Counted from the first letter of the stretch, positions 1-9,117 are shown. The stretch: DNA of 64,000 nucleotides from Candidatus Fervidifonticultor secundus (GCA_031459385.1 JAVKIP010000004.1:64001-128000); one strand, 5' to 3'. The notes: generated from the sequence alone by a model not told the origin. A program made the numbers and translations.

Positions 1-917
1 ACCAGGCGCTCTATGACGAGTTCACGCGCCAGACCGGTGTCCGCGTGAACCTGATCCAGGGCGATGCCGACCAGCTCATCGAGCGGATCAAGGCCGAAGG
101 CGCGGGCAGCCCGGCCGACGTGCTGATCACGGTGGACGCCGGCCGGCTGTACCGGGCGCAGCAGGCCGGGCTCTGCCAGCGGATCGCCTCGCCGGTCCTC
201 TCCGCCCGTCTCCCTGCCAGCCTGCGCGACCCCGAGGGCGCGTGGTACGGCTTCACCAAGCGCATGCGGGTGATCGCGTACGCACGGGAGCGGGTGGCGC
301 GCGCAGAGCTCTCCACCTACGAGGACCTGGCCGACCCCCGCTGGCGCGGCCGCGTGCTCGTGCGCAGCTCGAGCCACGTCTACAACCAGTCGCTGGTGGG
401 CGCCCTGGTGGCGTGGCACGGCGAGCCGTTCGTGGCGCGCTGGGCCCGCGGGATCGTGCAGAACTTCGCCCGGCCACCGCAGGGCGGGGACACCGACCAG
501 CTCCTGGCGCTGGCCGCCGGCGAAGGGGACGTGGCGCTCGTGAACCACTACTACTACGTCCGGCTGCTGAACTCCCCGCGGCCCCATGAGCGCGCCGCCG
601 CGGCAAAGGTTGGCCTGTTCTTCCCCAACCAGGGGCTGGAAGAGCGCGGGGTGCACGTGAACCTGAGCGGCGCCTGCGTCGTCGCCACGGCGGCGCACCG
701 CGCCGCGGCCGTCGCGTTCCTCGAGTACCTAGCGTCCGACGGCGCGCAGGAGATCTTCGCCAGGGGGAACTTCGAGTTCCCGGCGGTCCGCGGCATCACC
801 AATCCCTTGGCCGCCATCGCCCCCGCCCTGCTCAGGGAGGACCCGCTGAACGCCCGCATCTACGCGGCTAACGGCGGCAGGGCGCTGCAACTCATGGTCG
901 GCGCCGGCTGGCGCTAG
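1..917 (+). CDS. fbpA: Fe(3+) ABC transporter substrate-binding protein (FbpA/FutA-like), 5' truncated by window edge
   Basis: Frame open from position 3. Motifs SPADVLITVDAG, YEDLADPRWRG, SSSHVYNQS, GGDTDQL and NHYY (Tyr-Tyr iron ligands); followed by permease and ATPase. Confidence 0.9.
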   Translation, partial: QALYDEFTRQTGVRVNLIQGDADQLIERIKAEGAGSPADVLITVDAGRLYRAQQAGLCQRIASPVLSARLPASLRDPEGAWYGFTKRMRVIAYARERVARAELSTYEDLADPRWRGRVLVRSSSHVYNQSLVGALVAWHGEPFVARWARGIVQNFARPPQGGDTDQLLALAAGEGDVALVNHYYYVRLLNSPRPHERAAAAKVGLFFPNQGLEERGVHVNLSGACVVATAAHRAAAVAFLEYLASDGAQEIFARGNFEFPAVRGITNPLAAIAPALLREDPLNARIYAANGGRALQLMVGAGWR

Positions 918-931
918 CAGGACGCCGCTCC

Positions 932-2596
932 GTGACGGGGCGGTCACTCTACCGGGTGCTGCCCGCGGCCGGCCTGGTCGTCGCCGGCGCGCTCTCGCTG
1001 CCCGTGCTGACCGTGGCGGGCAGTCTGCTCGTGCCGGCGGACGGCCCGTGGGTGGAGTTCGTCCGCCTGGTCCTGCCCCGCTACGTCGTCACCACCGTGT
1101 GGCTGGTGCTCGGGGTCGGTGCCGGGACACTTGTGATCGGCGTCGGGACGGCCTGGCTCGTCACGATGTGCCGTGTCCCCGGGCAGCGGATCTGGCAGTG
1201 GGCGCTCCTGCTGCCGATGGCGGTGCCCGCGTACCTGCTGGCCTACACCTACGCCGACCTGTTGCAGTACGCGGGGCCGGTGCAGACCGCGCTGCGGGCG
1301 TGGTTCGGGTGGAGCCGGGGCGACTACTGGTTTCCGCAGATCCGGTCCCTGGGCGGCGCCATCTTCGTCATGACCTGCGTCCTCTATCCGTATGTGTACA
1401 TCCTGGCCCGCGCGGCGTTCCTCGAGCAGTCGGGGGCCGTGCTGGAAGCCAGCCGCACACTGGGGCACTCGCCGTGGAGCACGTTCTGGCGTGTGGCGCT
1501 GCCGCTGGCGCGGCCGGGCATCGCCGCCGGGGTCGCCCTGGCCGGCATGGAGGTGCTCGCCGACTTCGGGACGGTCAAGCACTTCGAGCTCGATACCTTC
1601 GCCACGGGCATCTACGTGACGTGGTTCACCCTGGGCTCCCCGGTGGGCGCGGCTCGGCTGGCCGCCGGGCTCATGGTATTCGTGCTGGCCGTCATGAGCC
1701 TCGAGCGTGCCTCGCGCGGCAGCCGGCGCTTCCATCCGGCGGCGGCACCGCGGCGCGTGGCCGCGTTTCCGCTGCGCGGGTGGCGGGCTGGGGCGGCCGT
1801 CGCGGCCTGCCTGCTGCCGCTGCTGTGCGGCTTCGCGCTGCCGGCCGGGGCGCTGGCCCTGATGGCCGTGACCGCCGGCGACCCGCTGTTCGGGCCGGCG
1901 TTCCTGCGGCTCGCGGCCAACACGCTGCTGCTGGCGCTGCTGGCCGGGACGCTGGCGGTGGCCGTCGCCGCCCTGATCGCCTACGGCCTGCGCCTGGAGC
2001 CCTCTCCGCTCATGCGGGCGGCGGCGCGGGTGGCCGGCCTGGGCTACAGCGTGCCCGGCGCGGTGATCGCCGTGGGCGTCATGATCCCGTTCGGGTACGC
2101 CGACCGCGTCCTGGGCACCTGGCTGTACGCGGCGGCGGGCCGGCCGCCCGGGCTCGTCTTCAGCGGCACGATCTTCACGCTGGTGTACGCGTACCTCGTG
2201 CGCTTCCTGGCGGTCTCGTTGAACACGGTGGAAGCCGGGCTGGGGCGGATCAGACCCAGCATGGACGATGCGGCGCGGACGCTGGGCCATGGCCCCGGCA
2301 GCACACTGCTGCGCGTGCACGCGCCCCTCATGCGCGGCAGCCTGCTCGCCGCCGCGCTCCTGGTCGTGGTCGACCTGCTGAAGGAGCTCCCCGCCACCCT
2401 GATCCTGCGGCCCTTCAACTTCGACACGCTCGCGGTGCGGGTCTACCAGCTCGCGAGCGACGAGCGGCTGGCGGAGGCCTCCACGGCGGCGCTCGCGATC
2501 GTCGCCGTCGGCATCCTGCCGGTGCTCCTGCTGGACCGCACGATGGCGCGGGTGCGGGGGGCGCGCCACGACCCGCTGGAGGCCATGCGCCCGTGA
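932..2596 (+). CDS. fbpB: Fe(3+) ABC transporter permease
   Basis: 554 aa polytopic membrane protein with two EAA-type loops (LEASRTLG, MDDAARTLG), ADFGTV and KELPATLILRPFNFDTLAV. Confidence 0.9.
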   Translation: MTGRSLYRVLPAAGLVVAGALSLPVLTVAGSLLVPADGPWVEFVRLVLPRYVVTTVWLVLGVGAGTLVIGVGTAWLVTMCRVPGQRIWQWALLLPMAVPAYLLAYTYADLLQYAGPVQTALRAWFGWSRGDYWFPQIRSLGGAIFVMTCVLYPYVYILARAAFLEQSGAVLEASRTLGHSPWSTFWRVALPLARPGIAAGVALAGMEVLADFGTVKHFELDTFATGIYVTWFTLGSPVGAARLAAGLMVFVLAVMSLERASRGSRRFHPAAAPRRVAAFPLRGWRAGAAVAACLLPLLCGFALPAGALALMAVTAGDPLFGPAFLRLAANTLLLALLAGTLAVAVAALIAYGLRLEPSPLMRAAARVAGLGYSVPGAVIAVGVMIPFGYADRVLGTWLYAAAGRPPGLVFSGTIFTLVYAYLVRFLAVSLNTVEAGLGRIRPSMDDAARTLGHGPGSTLLRVHAPLMRGSLLAAALLVVVDLLKELPATLILRPFNFDTLAVRVYQLASDERLAEASTAALAIVAVGILPVLLLDRTMARVRGARHDPLEAMRP

Positions 2597-2685
2597 GGCC
2601 TGCCTTGTTGGGCGCACGGGGCTCTGGTACGCTGTCGGTGCAGATGCCGGCGGGTCGCGCCCCGCGCGGCCTACGTGAGCGGCAC

Positions 2686-3813
2686 ATGGCCATTGGCGAG
2701 GAGCGGGGGGCGCCCCCCGTCATCAGCATCCGCAGCGTGCTTCGGCGGTACGACCCCGCGGGACCGCCGGCCGTGGACCGCCTGTCGCTCGACGTGGCCC
2801 AGGGCGAGGTCCTCGCGCTGCTGGGTCCCTCCGGCAGCGGCAAGACCACGGTCCTGCGGCTCGTGGCCGGCTTCGAGCGGCCCGATGCGGGCGAAGTGTG
2901 GATCGCCGGGCGGCCGGTCGCAGGTGGCGGGGTGTGGGTTCCGCCCGAGGCGCGCAGCGTCGGCATGGTTTTCCAGGACTACGCGCTGTTCCCGCATCTG
3001 ACCGTCGAGGAAAACGTCGCCTTCGGCCTGCACTGTGTGCAGCGCGTGGAGCGCCCCCGGCGGACGCTCGAAGCGCTGGACCTGGTGGGGATGACGGCGT
3101 TCGCCGGCCGCTACCCCCACGAGCTGTCCGGGGGCCAGCAGCAGCGTGTCGCCCTGGCGCGGGCGCTGGCGCCGCAGCCGTTCGCGGTCCTGCTCGACGA
3201 GCCGTTCTCGAATCTCGACGCCGACCTGCGGGCGCAGGTGCGCGACGAGGTGCGCGGCATCCTGAAGCAGACCGGCACCAGCGCGATCTTCGTGACCCAC
3301 GACCAGCAGGAGGCCCTGGTGCTGGGCGACCGCGTCGGGGTGCTGCAGCAGGGTCGGCTCGAGCAGGTGGACACCCCGGAGCGCATCTTCCACATGCCCC
3401 GGACGCGCTTCGTCGCCCGGTTCTTGGGCCGGGCTGACTTCCTCCCCGCCAGGGTGACCGCACAGGGACTGCAGACCGAAGTCGGCGTTCTCCCTCAGCG
3501 CCCGCCACTCGGGAATGGCGACGACGTGGAGATCCTGGTGCGGCCGGACGACATCGCCATTGCGCCTGCGGCAGGCGGCGCCGGCATCGTCATCCGCCGC
3601 CTGTTCCAGGGCGGCGCAGTGCTGTATTGTATCGAGCTCCCCTCCGGCCGCCGCCTCCACAGCCTGCAGCCGCACACGGTGCACCTGGAGCCAGGCGCCC
3701 GCGTGGACGTGCGCCTGGCGCCGGGACACCCGCTGGCCTGCTTCCTCAACGGCCAGGCGGTTGCCGCTGTTACTGACGCCGCGCCCGGGGAACCTGCCCG
3801 GGCAGGCGACTGA
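2686..3813 (+). CDS. fbpC: ABC transporter ATP-binding protein (FbpC/PotA-like) with C-terminal TOBE-like region
   Basis: Walker A GPSGSGKT, signature LSGGQQQR, Walker B VLLDEP, VTHD. Start estimated at ATG 2686 within ORF 1048..3813. Confidence 0.88.
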   Translation: MAIGEERGAPPVISIRSVLRRYDPAGPPAVDRLSLDVAQGEVLALLGPSGSGKTTVLRLVAGFERPDAGEVWIAGRPVAGGGVWVPPEARSVGMVFQDYALFPHLTVEENVAFGLHCVQRVERPRRTLEALDLVGMTAFAGRYPHELSGGQQQRVALARALAPQPFAVLLDEPFSNLDADLRAQVRDEVRGILKQTGTSAIFVTHDQQEALVLGDRVGVLQQGRLEQVDTPERIFHMPRTRFVARFLGRADFLPARVTAQGLQTEVGVLPQRPPLGNGDDVEILVRPDDIAIAPAAGGAGIVIRRLFQGGAVLYCIELPSGRRLHSLQPHTVHLEPGARVDVRLAPGHPLACFLNGQAVAAVTDAAPGEPARAGD

Positions 3814-3820
3814 GCCGCGC

Positions 3821-4603
3821 ATGGCGGTCCGTCCCGCAGGATGGCTGCTGGACCTGGCGGAGGGTCCGGTGGACTACGGCGAGGCCTGGGCCCTGCAGCG
3901 CGCGCTGGTGGCCGCGCGGCAAGACGCGCGGGTGCCGGATCTCCTGATGCTGCTGGAGCACGCGCCGGTGGTCACGATCGGCCGCAGCGGGCGCCGGGGG
4001 AACGTGCTGATGCCGGCCGAGGAGCTGCGCCGGCGCGGTATCGCGCTGTACGAGGTCGAGCGCGGGGGCGACGTGACCTACCACGGACCCGGCCAGCTGG
4101 TCGGATACCCCGTTATGCACCTGCGCGCGCTGGGGGAGGACGTGGTACGGTACGTGCGGCTGCTGGAGGAGGCGGTCATCGTCACGCTGGCGTCGTTTGG
4201 CATCGCGGCGGGCCGCGAGCGCGGTTACCCCGGGGTCTGGGTCGGCGGCGCGAAGATCTGCGCGGTGGGTGTGGCGGTGAAACGAGCGGTCACCATGCAC
4301 GGCTTCGCCCTGAACGTCACCACGCCCCCCGAGGCGTTCGCCGCCATCAACCCGTGCGGCCTGGGCCGGCCGGTGACGTCCATGGCCGCGGTTCTGGGCC
4401 GCCCCGTCGCGCTGGCCGACGTGCGGCCGCGCTACGCGGCGGCGTTCTCCCGGGTCTTCCAGCTCCCGCTGCGGCCCGTATCCCTGCAGGCGCTGCCCGA
4501 CGAGGTGCGTGCCCGCGCCGCCTCCGAACGCGCTGCCCTGGCAGCGGCCACCCTGATGGCGGCCGCCGGGCACCCCGCCGGCCGGGCGCCGGCGCCTGCG
4601 TAG
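3821..4603 (+). CDS. lipB: Lipoyl(octanoyl) transferase
   Basis: LLEHAPVVTIG, RGGDVTYHGPGQ, KICAVG, HGFALN and PCG motifs. ATG 3821 lies just after the fbpC stop. Confidence 0.92.
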   Translation: MAVRPAGWLLDLAEGPVDYGEAWALQRALVAARQDARVPDLLMLLEHAPVVTIGRSGRRGNVLMPAEELRRRGIALYEVERGGDVTYHGPGQLVGYPVMHLRALGEDVVRYVRLLEEAVIVTLASFGIAAGRERGYPGVWVGGAKICAVGVAVKRAVTMHGFALNVTTPPEAFAAINPCGLGRPVTSMAAVLGRPVALADVRPRYAAAFSRVFQLPLRPVSLQALPDEVRARAASERAALAAATLMAAAGHPAGRAPAPA

Positions 4604-4614
4604 AGGCAGAGACG

Positions 4615-4890
4615 ATGGCCACCGTGCTCATCCCCGCGCCCCTGCGACGCCTGACCGCGGGGCAGGCGCGCATCGTGGTGCCCGCCGGATCGGTGGCGGA
4701 GCTGCTGGACCGGCTCGACGCCAGGTATCCGGGCATGCGCGCCTACCTGCTCGACGACGCCGGCACCCTCCGCGCCTACGTGAACATCTTCGTCAACAGC
4801 GCCGAGGTCCGCAGCCTGGCCGGCCTGCAGACACCGCTCGCCGACGGCGACGAGGTAGCGATCCTGCCGGCCATGGCCGGCGGCGCGTGA
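4615..4890 (+). CDS. Ubiquitin-like sulfur carrier (MoaD/ThiS/CysO family) ending ...AMAGG-A
   Basis: 91 aa beta-grasp pattern (VLIPAPLRRLT, YVNIFVN, TPLADGDEVAILPAMAGGA); upstream GAGG. Confidence 0.88.
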   Translation: MATVLIPAPLRRLTAGQARIVVPAGSVAELLDRLDARYPGMRAYLLDDAGTLRAYVNIFVNSAEVRSLAGLQTPLADGDEVAILPAMAGGA

Positions 4891-5735
4891 GCGAGCGCTC
4901 CGCCCGCGAGCCCCGCGGGCTGACCGCGCCGGTGCGGCTGCAGCTGCCCGACCTGCGGATCGTGCCGTCCGCGGCCCTGCGCCTGCACGAGGAGTGCGAT
5001 CCGGAGCGCGTCGCGCGCCTGGCCCGGCGCCTGGCGGCCGAAGGCGTGCTGCGCAACCCCCCTCTGGTCGCGCCGCTGGGTGACGACGCATACGTCGTCC
5101 TGGACGGCGCCAATCGCGTCACGGCCCTCCAGCAGAGCGGCGTGCCCCATCAGGTCGTGCAGGTCGTGGACTACGACGATCCCGCCGTCGTGCTCGACGT
5201 GTGGGCGCACCTGCTCTCCGACGATGCGGCGGCGGTGCGCGCGGCGGGCCCCTGGGAGACGCTGCCCACAGACGAGCTGCGCGCCGGACTCGCCGCCGGC
5301 CGCCTGGTCTGCGGGCTGCTGACGCGGGTCGGAGCGTTCGGCCTGCCCGGCCGGGCCGACCTGGCCGAGCGCGTGCGCAGCATGGCCGCGGTGGTGGCGA
5401 CATACAAGGGGCGCCAGACGATCTACCGCGTCCAGCCGGCCGACCTGGACGCGCTGGCGCGCGAGTACGGCCGGGCCGACGCCCTGGTGATCTTCCCGCG
5501 CCTGTCGAAGGCGGACGTCCGTGCCATTGCTCGGCTCCCCCAGAAGCTGCCGACGGGCATCAGCCGGCACGTCGTCCCGCTGCGCGCGCTGCGCGTGAAC
5601 ACGGACCTGGCGCTGCTGCGAGGCCCCGAGCCCACGGCGGTGAAGCAGGCACGGCTCGATGAGGCGATCCGGTCGCGGCTCCTCGAGCATCGCGTGCGCC
5701 ACTACCCCGAGCCCACCGTCCTCTACGACGAGTGA
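4887..5735 (+). CDS. ParB/Srx-fold protein resembling the free serine kinases SerK/SbnI
   Basis: LRLHEE, LRNPPLV, YVVLDGANR, VWAHL and C-terminal LPTGISRH; no HTH visible. GTGA overlap with both neighbours. Confidence 0.72.
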   Translation: MSERSAREPRGLTAPVRLQLPDLRIVPSAALRLHEECDPERVARLARRLAAEGVLRNPPLVAPLGDDAYVVLDGANRVTALQQSGVPHQVVQVVDYDDPAVVLDVWAHLLSDDAAAVRAAGPWETLPTDELRAGLAAGRLVCGLLTRVGAFGLPGRADLAERVRSMAAVVATYKGRQTIYRVQPADLDALAREYGRADALVIFPRLSKADVRAIARLPQKLPTGISRHVVPLRALRVNTDLALLRGPEPTAVKQARLDEAIRSRLLEHRVRHYPEPTVLYDE

Positions 5736-6730
5736 TGGCGTACCGGTTTCCGCCGTCCGCCCCGGCGCCCATCGCCGGCGACGTCCTGGGTCTCATCGGG
5801 AACACGCCCCTGGTCCGGCTCTCGCGGGTCGCCCCGCTGCGCGAAGGCGTCGAGTTGTACGCGAAGCTGGAGGCGCAGAACCCGGGCGGATCGGTCAAGG
5901 ACCGTCCGGTGCTGCGCATCGTGGAGGACGCCGAGCGCGACGGGCGGCTGCGGCCAGGCCAGGTCATCCTGGACTCCACCAGCGGCAACGCCGGCATCGC
6001 CTACGCCATGATCGGCGCCGCCAAGGGTTACCGCGTCACCCTCGTCGTGCCGGGCAATGCCAGCGACGAGCGCAAGGGCATCCTCCGGGCGTACGGGGCC
6101 GACCTGGTGCTCTCCGACCCCCTGGAAGGGTCAGACGGCGCCATCTTGGTGGCCCGGCGCATGGCGGCGGAGGCGCCGGAGCGGTACGCCTACCTCGACC
6201 AGTACAGCAACCCCAGCAACTGGCGTGCTCACTACGACACTACGGGCCCGGAGATCGTGCGCCAGACCCACGGCCGCATCACCCACTTCGTGGCCGGGGT
6301 GGGCACCAGCGGCACGGTCATCGGGGTCGGCCGCCGCCTGCGCGAGACGAACCCCGCAGTCGAGATCGTGGCCGTCGAGCCCGACGACGCGTTCCACGGC
6401 ATCGAAGGCCTCAAGCACCTGCCCACGGCCATCGTGCCGGGCATCTACGACCCGTCGGTACCGCACCGGACGCTGCGCGTGGCCACCGACGACGCCTACG
6501 CGTTCACTCGCCGGCTGGCCGTGACCGAGGGGCTCTTCGTGGGACCCTCGGCAGGCGCCGCGCTGGCCGCGGCGCTGGCGGTAGCGCGCGACCTGCGAGA
6601 GGGCGTCATCGTCGCCATCTTTCCGGACGCCGGCGACCGGTACCTGTCCACCAGCGTCTGGCGCCAGGTCGCGCGCGCCGGCCCGCCGGGGCCGGGGCCC
6701 GGAGGCCCGCCCGGCGCAACCGGTATATAA
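5735..6730 (+). CDS. cysM: PLP-dependent cysteine synthase, CysM/O-phosphoserine sulfhydrylase type
   Basis: IGNTPLV, NPGGSVKDR (PLP Lys), STSGNAG, GVGTSGT, GLKHL, FPDAGDRYLS. Confidence 0.85.
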   Translation: MAYRFPPSAPAPIAGDVLGLIGNTPLVRLSRVAPLREGVELYAKLEAQNPGGSVKDRPVLRIVEDAERDGRLRPGQVILDSTSGNAGIAYAMIGAAKGYRVTLVVPGNASDERKGILRAYGADLVLSDPLEGSDGAILVARRMAAEAPERYAYLDQYSNPSNWRAHYDTTGPEIVRQTHGRITHFVAGVGTSGTVIGVGRRLRETNPAVEIVAVEPDDAFHGIEGLKHLPTAIVPGIYDPSVPHRTLRVATDDAYAFTRRLAVTEGLFVGPSAGAALAAALAVARDLREGVIVAIFPDAGDRYLSTSVWRQVARAGPPGPGPGGPPGATGI

Positions 6731-6731
6731 T
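6726..6731 (+). promoter_or_regulatory. -10 box TATAAT; probable leaderless promoter for mec-rrf2
   Basis: Perfect TATAAT 7 nt before ATG 6739, in an AT-rich patch with no SD. Confidence 0.6.
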
Positions 6732-6738
6732 AAACTGA

Positions 6739-7152
6739 ATGGCCCTGATCCTGGAGCGGGCGCAGGTGGACGCCATGATCGAGCACGCGCGCGCCGAGCA
6801 CCCCAACGAGTGTTGTGGCCTGCTGGCGGGCCTCGGCGACCGCGTCGTGCGCGTCTACCGCGGCCGCAACGCCGATCGGAGCCCCTACACCTACCGGCTG
6901 GATCCCCAGGAGCAACTGCGCTTTTTCCGGGAGATCGACGACGCGGGGCTGGAGCTGGTCGGGATCTACCACTCGCACACCCAGTCGGCCGCCTACCCCT
7001 CGCGTACCGACATCGCCAAGGCGTACTATCCTGACGCGGCGTACGTCATCCTCTCGATCCTCGACCCCGCGGCGCCGGCCGCGGACGTGGAGATCCGGGC
7101 TTTCCGGATCCGTGACGGCGTGGTCACCGAAGAGGAGCTGGTGATCGCATGA
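6739..7152 (+). CDS. mec: JAMM/M67 metallopeptidase (Mec-like CysO-cysteine peptidase)
   Basis: PNECCGLL and IYHSHT...PSRTD (JAMM E...HxH-x7-S-xx-D); adjacent to cysM and the sulfur carrier. Confidence 0.85.
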   Translation: MALILERAQVDAMIEHARAEHPNECCGLLAGLGDRVVRVYRGRNADRSPYTYRLDPQEQLRFFREIDDAGLELVGIYHSHTQSAAYPSRTDIAKAYYPDAAYVILSILDPAAPAADVEIRAFRIRDGVVTEEELVIA

Positions 7153-7628
7153 AGGTCTCGACGCGGGCCGAGTACGGGTTGCGCGCCCTGCTGGACCTGG
7201 TGGCGCACTACGGCCAGGGGCCGGTGCACAGCCGCCAGATCGCCGAGCGCCAGGGCCTGCCCGAGCCCTACCTCAACCAGCTGATGGCCGCGCTGCGGCG
7301 CGCCGGGCTGGTCAGCAGCAAGCGCGGCCCGCACGGCGGGCATGTGCTCTCGAAACCGCCGGCGGCGATCACGCTGCGCGAGGCCTTCGAGGTGCTGGAG
7401 GGTACCACCGCGCCATGGTGGTGCGTCGAGGTCGACGATCCCGACTGCGCGTTCGTGGACGGGTGCGGGCTGCGTCCCGTCTGGCGCGCCGTGCAGGCCG
7501 CCGCCGACGGCGTCCTCAACCGCCTCACGCTGGCCGATCTGCGCCCCGCGCCTGCCCCGCTGGTGCCGGTCGGGGTCGGGGAGCGGTATCCCGTGCGCGG
7601 GCGCCGCCCTGCCGCACGGCGGCGGTAG
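7149..7628 (+). CDS. Rrf2 family transcriptional regulator with three Cys (putative Fe-S)
   Basis: MKVSTRAEYGLRAL, LVSSKRGPHGGH, and C-x7-C-x5-C (CVEVDDPDCAFVDGC). Confidence 0.88.
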   Translation: MKVSTRAEYGLRALLDLVAHYGQGPVHSRQIAERQGLPEPYLNQLMAALRRAGLVSSKRGPHGGHVLSKPPAAITLREAFEVLEGTTAPWWCVEVDDPDCAFVDGCGLRPVWRAVQAAADGVLNRLTLADLRPAPAPLVPVGVGERYPVRGRRPAARRR

Positions 7629-7634
7629 GCCCGT

Positions 7635-7661
7635 GGGAATGCGCGGCCCCCGACGGGCGTT
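7635..7661 (+). promoter_or_regulatory. SigR/SigH-type ECF promoter GGAAT-N18-GTT
   Basis: GGAAT 7636-7640, 18 nt spacer, GTT 7659-7661, directly upstream of the ECF sigma gene. Confidence 0.8.
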
Positions 7662-7676
7662 ATGGAGGAAGACGCC

Positions 7677-8372
7677 ATGGGTGTGTGCGCCGTGAACGCC
7701 GGTCGGCCGTCTACCGCGGTCTCCCAGGAAGACCGCGCCCGGTTCGAGACCCTGGTCAACGAGCACCTCGACAGCCTCTACGGCAGCGCGCTGCGCCTGA
7801 CCCGCAACCGCGCCGCAGCCGAGGACCTGGTCCAGGAGACGTTCCTCAAGGCCTGGCGGTCGTTCCACACGTTCCAGCCCGGCACGAACGCCCGCGCCTG
7901 GCTGTACAAGATCCTGATGAACGCCTACATCGACAGCTACCGCAAGGCCGCGCGCGAGCCGGAGCTGATCGACCAGGAAGACGTCGGCGACTTCTATCTG
8001 TACGCCAAGGCGCAGGAGAGCGACGAGTACCGGCGCGCTGGCGACCCCGAGGAGACGCTGCTGGCCCGGATCATGGACGCCGACGTCAAGGCGGCGCTGG
8101 AGCAGGTGCCCGAGCCGTTCCGCATGGCGGTGATCCTGGCCGACCTGGAGGAGTTCTCGTACCGGGAGATCGCCGAGATCCTGGGCATCCCCATCGGGAC
8201 GGTCATGTCCCGCCTCTACCGCGGGCGCCGGCACCTGCAGCGCCTCCTGTGGGACTACGCGAAGCGTGCCGGTTACGTCAACGGAGATACCGCCGCGCCC
8301 GGTGGCGGCGCGACGGCGGGGCACAGGCCCCCGGGGGCGCCGCCCAAACCGCGCACCGCAGGCGACCGATGA
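7677..8372 (+). CDS. ECF RNA polymerase sigma factor, SigR/SigH-like
   Basis: [61 protein letters not shown] 7664-7669. Confidence 0.9.
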   Translation: MGVCAVNAGRPSTAVSQEDRARFETLVNEHLDSLYGSALRLTRNRAAAEDLVQETFLKAWRSFHTFQPGTNARAWLYKILMNAYIDSYRKAAREPELIDQEDVGDFYLYAKAQESDEYRRAGDPEETLLARIMDADVKAALEQVPEPFRMAVILADLEEFSYREIAEILGIPIGTVMSRLYRGRRHLQRLLWDYAKRAGYVNGDTAAPGGGATAGHRPPGAPPKPRTAGDR

Positions 8373-8614
8373 CCGAGATCGACTGTCGGGAGTTGCTCCG
8401 CCAGCTCTGGATGTACCTCGACGGCGAAGCCGACGCGCCGGTGGGCCAGGACCTGCAGCGCCACATCGCCCGGTGCCTGCCGTGCCGGCAGCACGCCGAG
8501 TTCGAGCGCCGGCTGCGCGAGATCATCCAATACAAGTGCCGCGGCGAGCGCGCGCCCGACCCCCTCCGGCAGGAACTGGCCCGCCTCCTGCGCATCTCGA
8601 TCCAGAGAGGCTAG
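8369..8614 (+). CDS. Zinc-binding (ZAS) anti-sigma factor, RsrA/RshA-like
   Basis: IDC...YLDGE...HIARCLPC (HxxxCxxC), ERAPDPLR; soluble, 81 aa; ATGA overlap with the sigma gene. Confidence 0.88.
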   Translation: MTEIDCRELLRQLWMYLDGEADAPVGQDLQRHIARCLPCRQHAEFERRLREIIQYKCRGERAPDPLRQELARLLRISIQRG

Positions 8615-8719
8615 CCCCGCGCCGGGCCGGGGTGCGGCCCGGCCGGCGGAGGAACGGCGCGCACCTGCGCGAACTCCGCAGCGGTGCGCAGGCTGCAGGT
8701 GCATGCGGGGAGGGAGTCC

Positions 8720-9103
8720 ATGCTGACCAAGGACGTCATCCGCAGCGACGGTGCGCCGCTTCCCATCGGCCCGTACTCACAGGCGATCCGGGCCGGCGGC
8801 GTGCTCTACCTCTCGGGGCAGGTCCCGCTCGACCCGGCCACCGGGCAGCTGGTCGGTGGCGACATCAAGACCCAGACCCGGCGCGTGCTGGACAATCTGC
8901 GCGCGGTGCTGGAGGCCGCCGGGTCGTCGCTGGACCGCGTGGTGAAGACCACGGTCTACCTCCGAGACCTGAACGACTTCGGGGCCATGAACGAGGAGTA
9001 CGCCTCGTACTTCCGCGAGGTGCCCCCCGCCCGCACCACGATCCAGGCCGCCCGCCTGCCGCGCGACGCGCTGGTCATGATCGAGTGCATCGCGCTGGGG
9101 TAG
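8720..9103 (+). CDS. ridA: RidA family reactive intermediate/imine deaminase
   Basis: [30 protein letters not shown] (catalytic Arg), [13 protein letters not shown]. Confidence 0.9.
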   Translation: MLTKDVIRSDGAPLPIGPYSQAIRAGGVLYLSGQVPLDPATGQLVGGDIKTQTRRVLDNLRAVLEAAGSSLDRVVKTTVYLRDLNDFGAMNEEYASYFREVPPARTTIQAARLPRDALVMIECIALG

Positions 9104-9117
9104 CCCGGTGCCCCCGG

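Noticed and set aside
4887..5735. Chromosome/plasmid partition ParB
   Set aside because: No HTH or dimerisation domain, no parA or parS nearby, and the context is metabolic.
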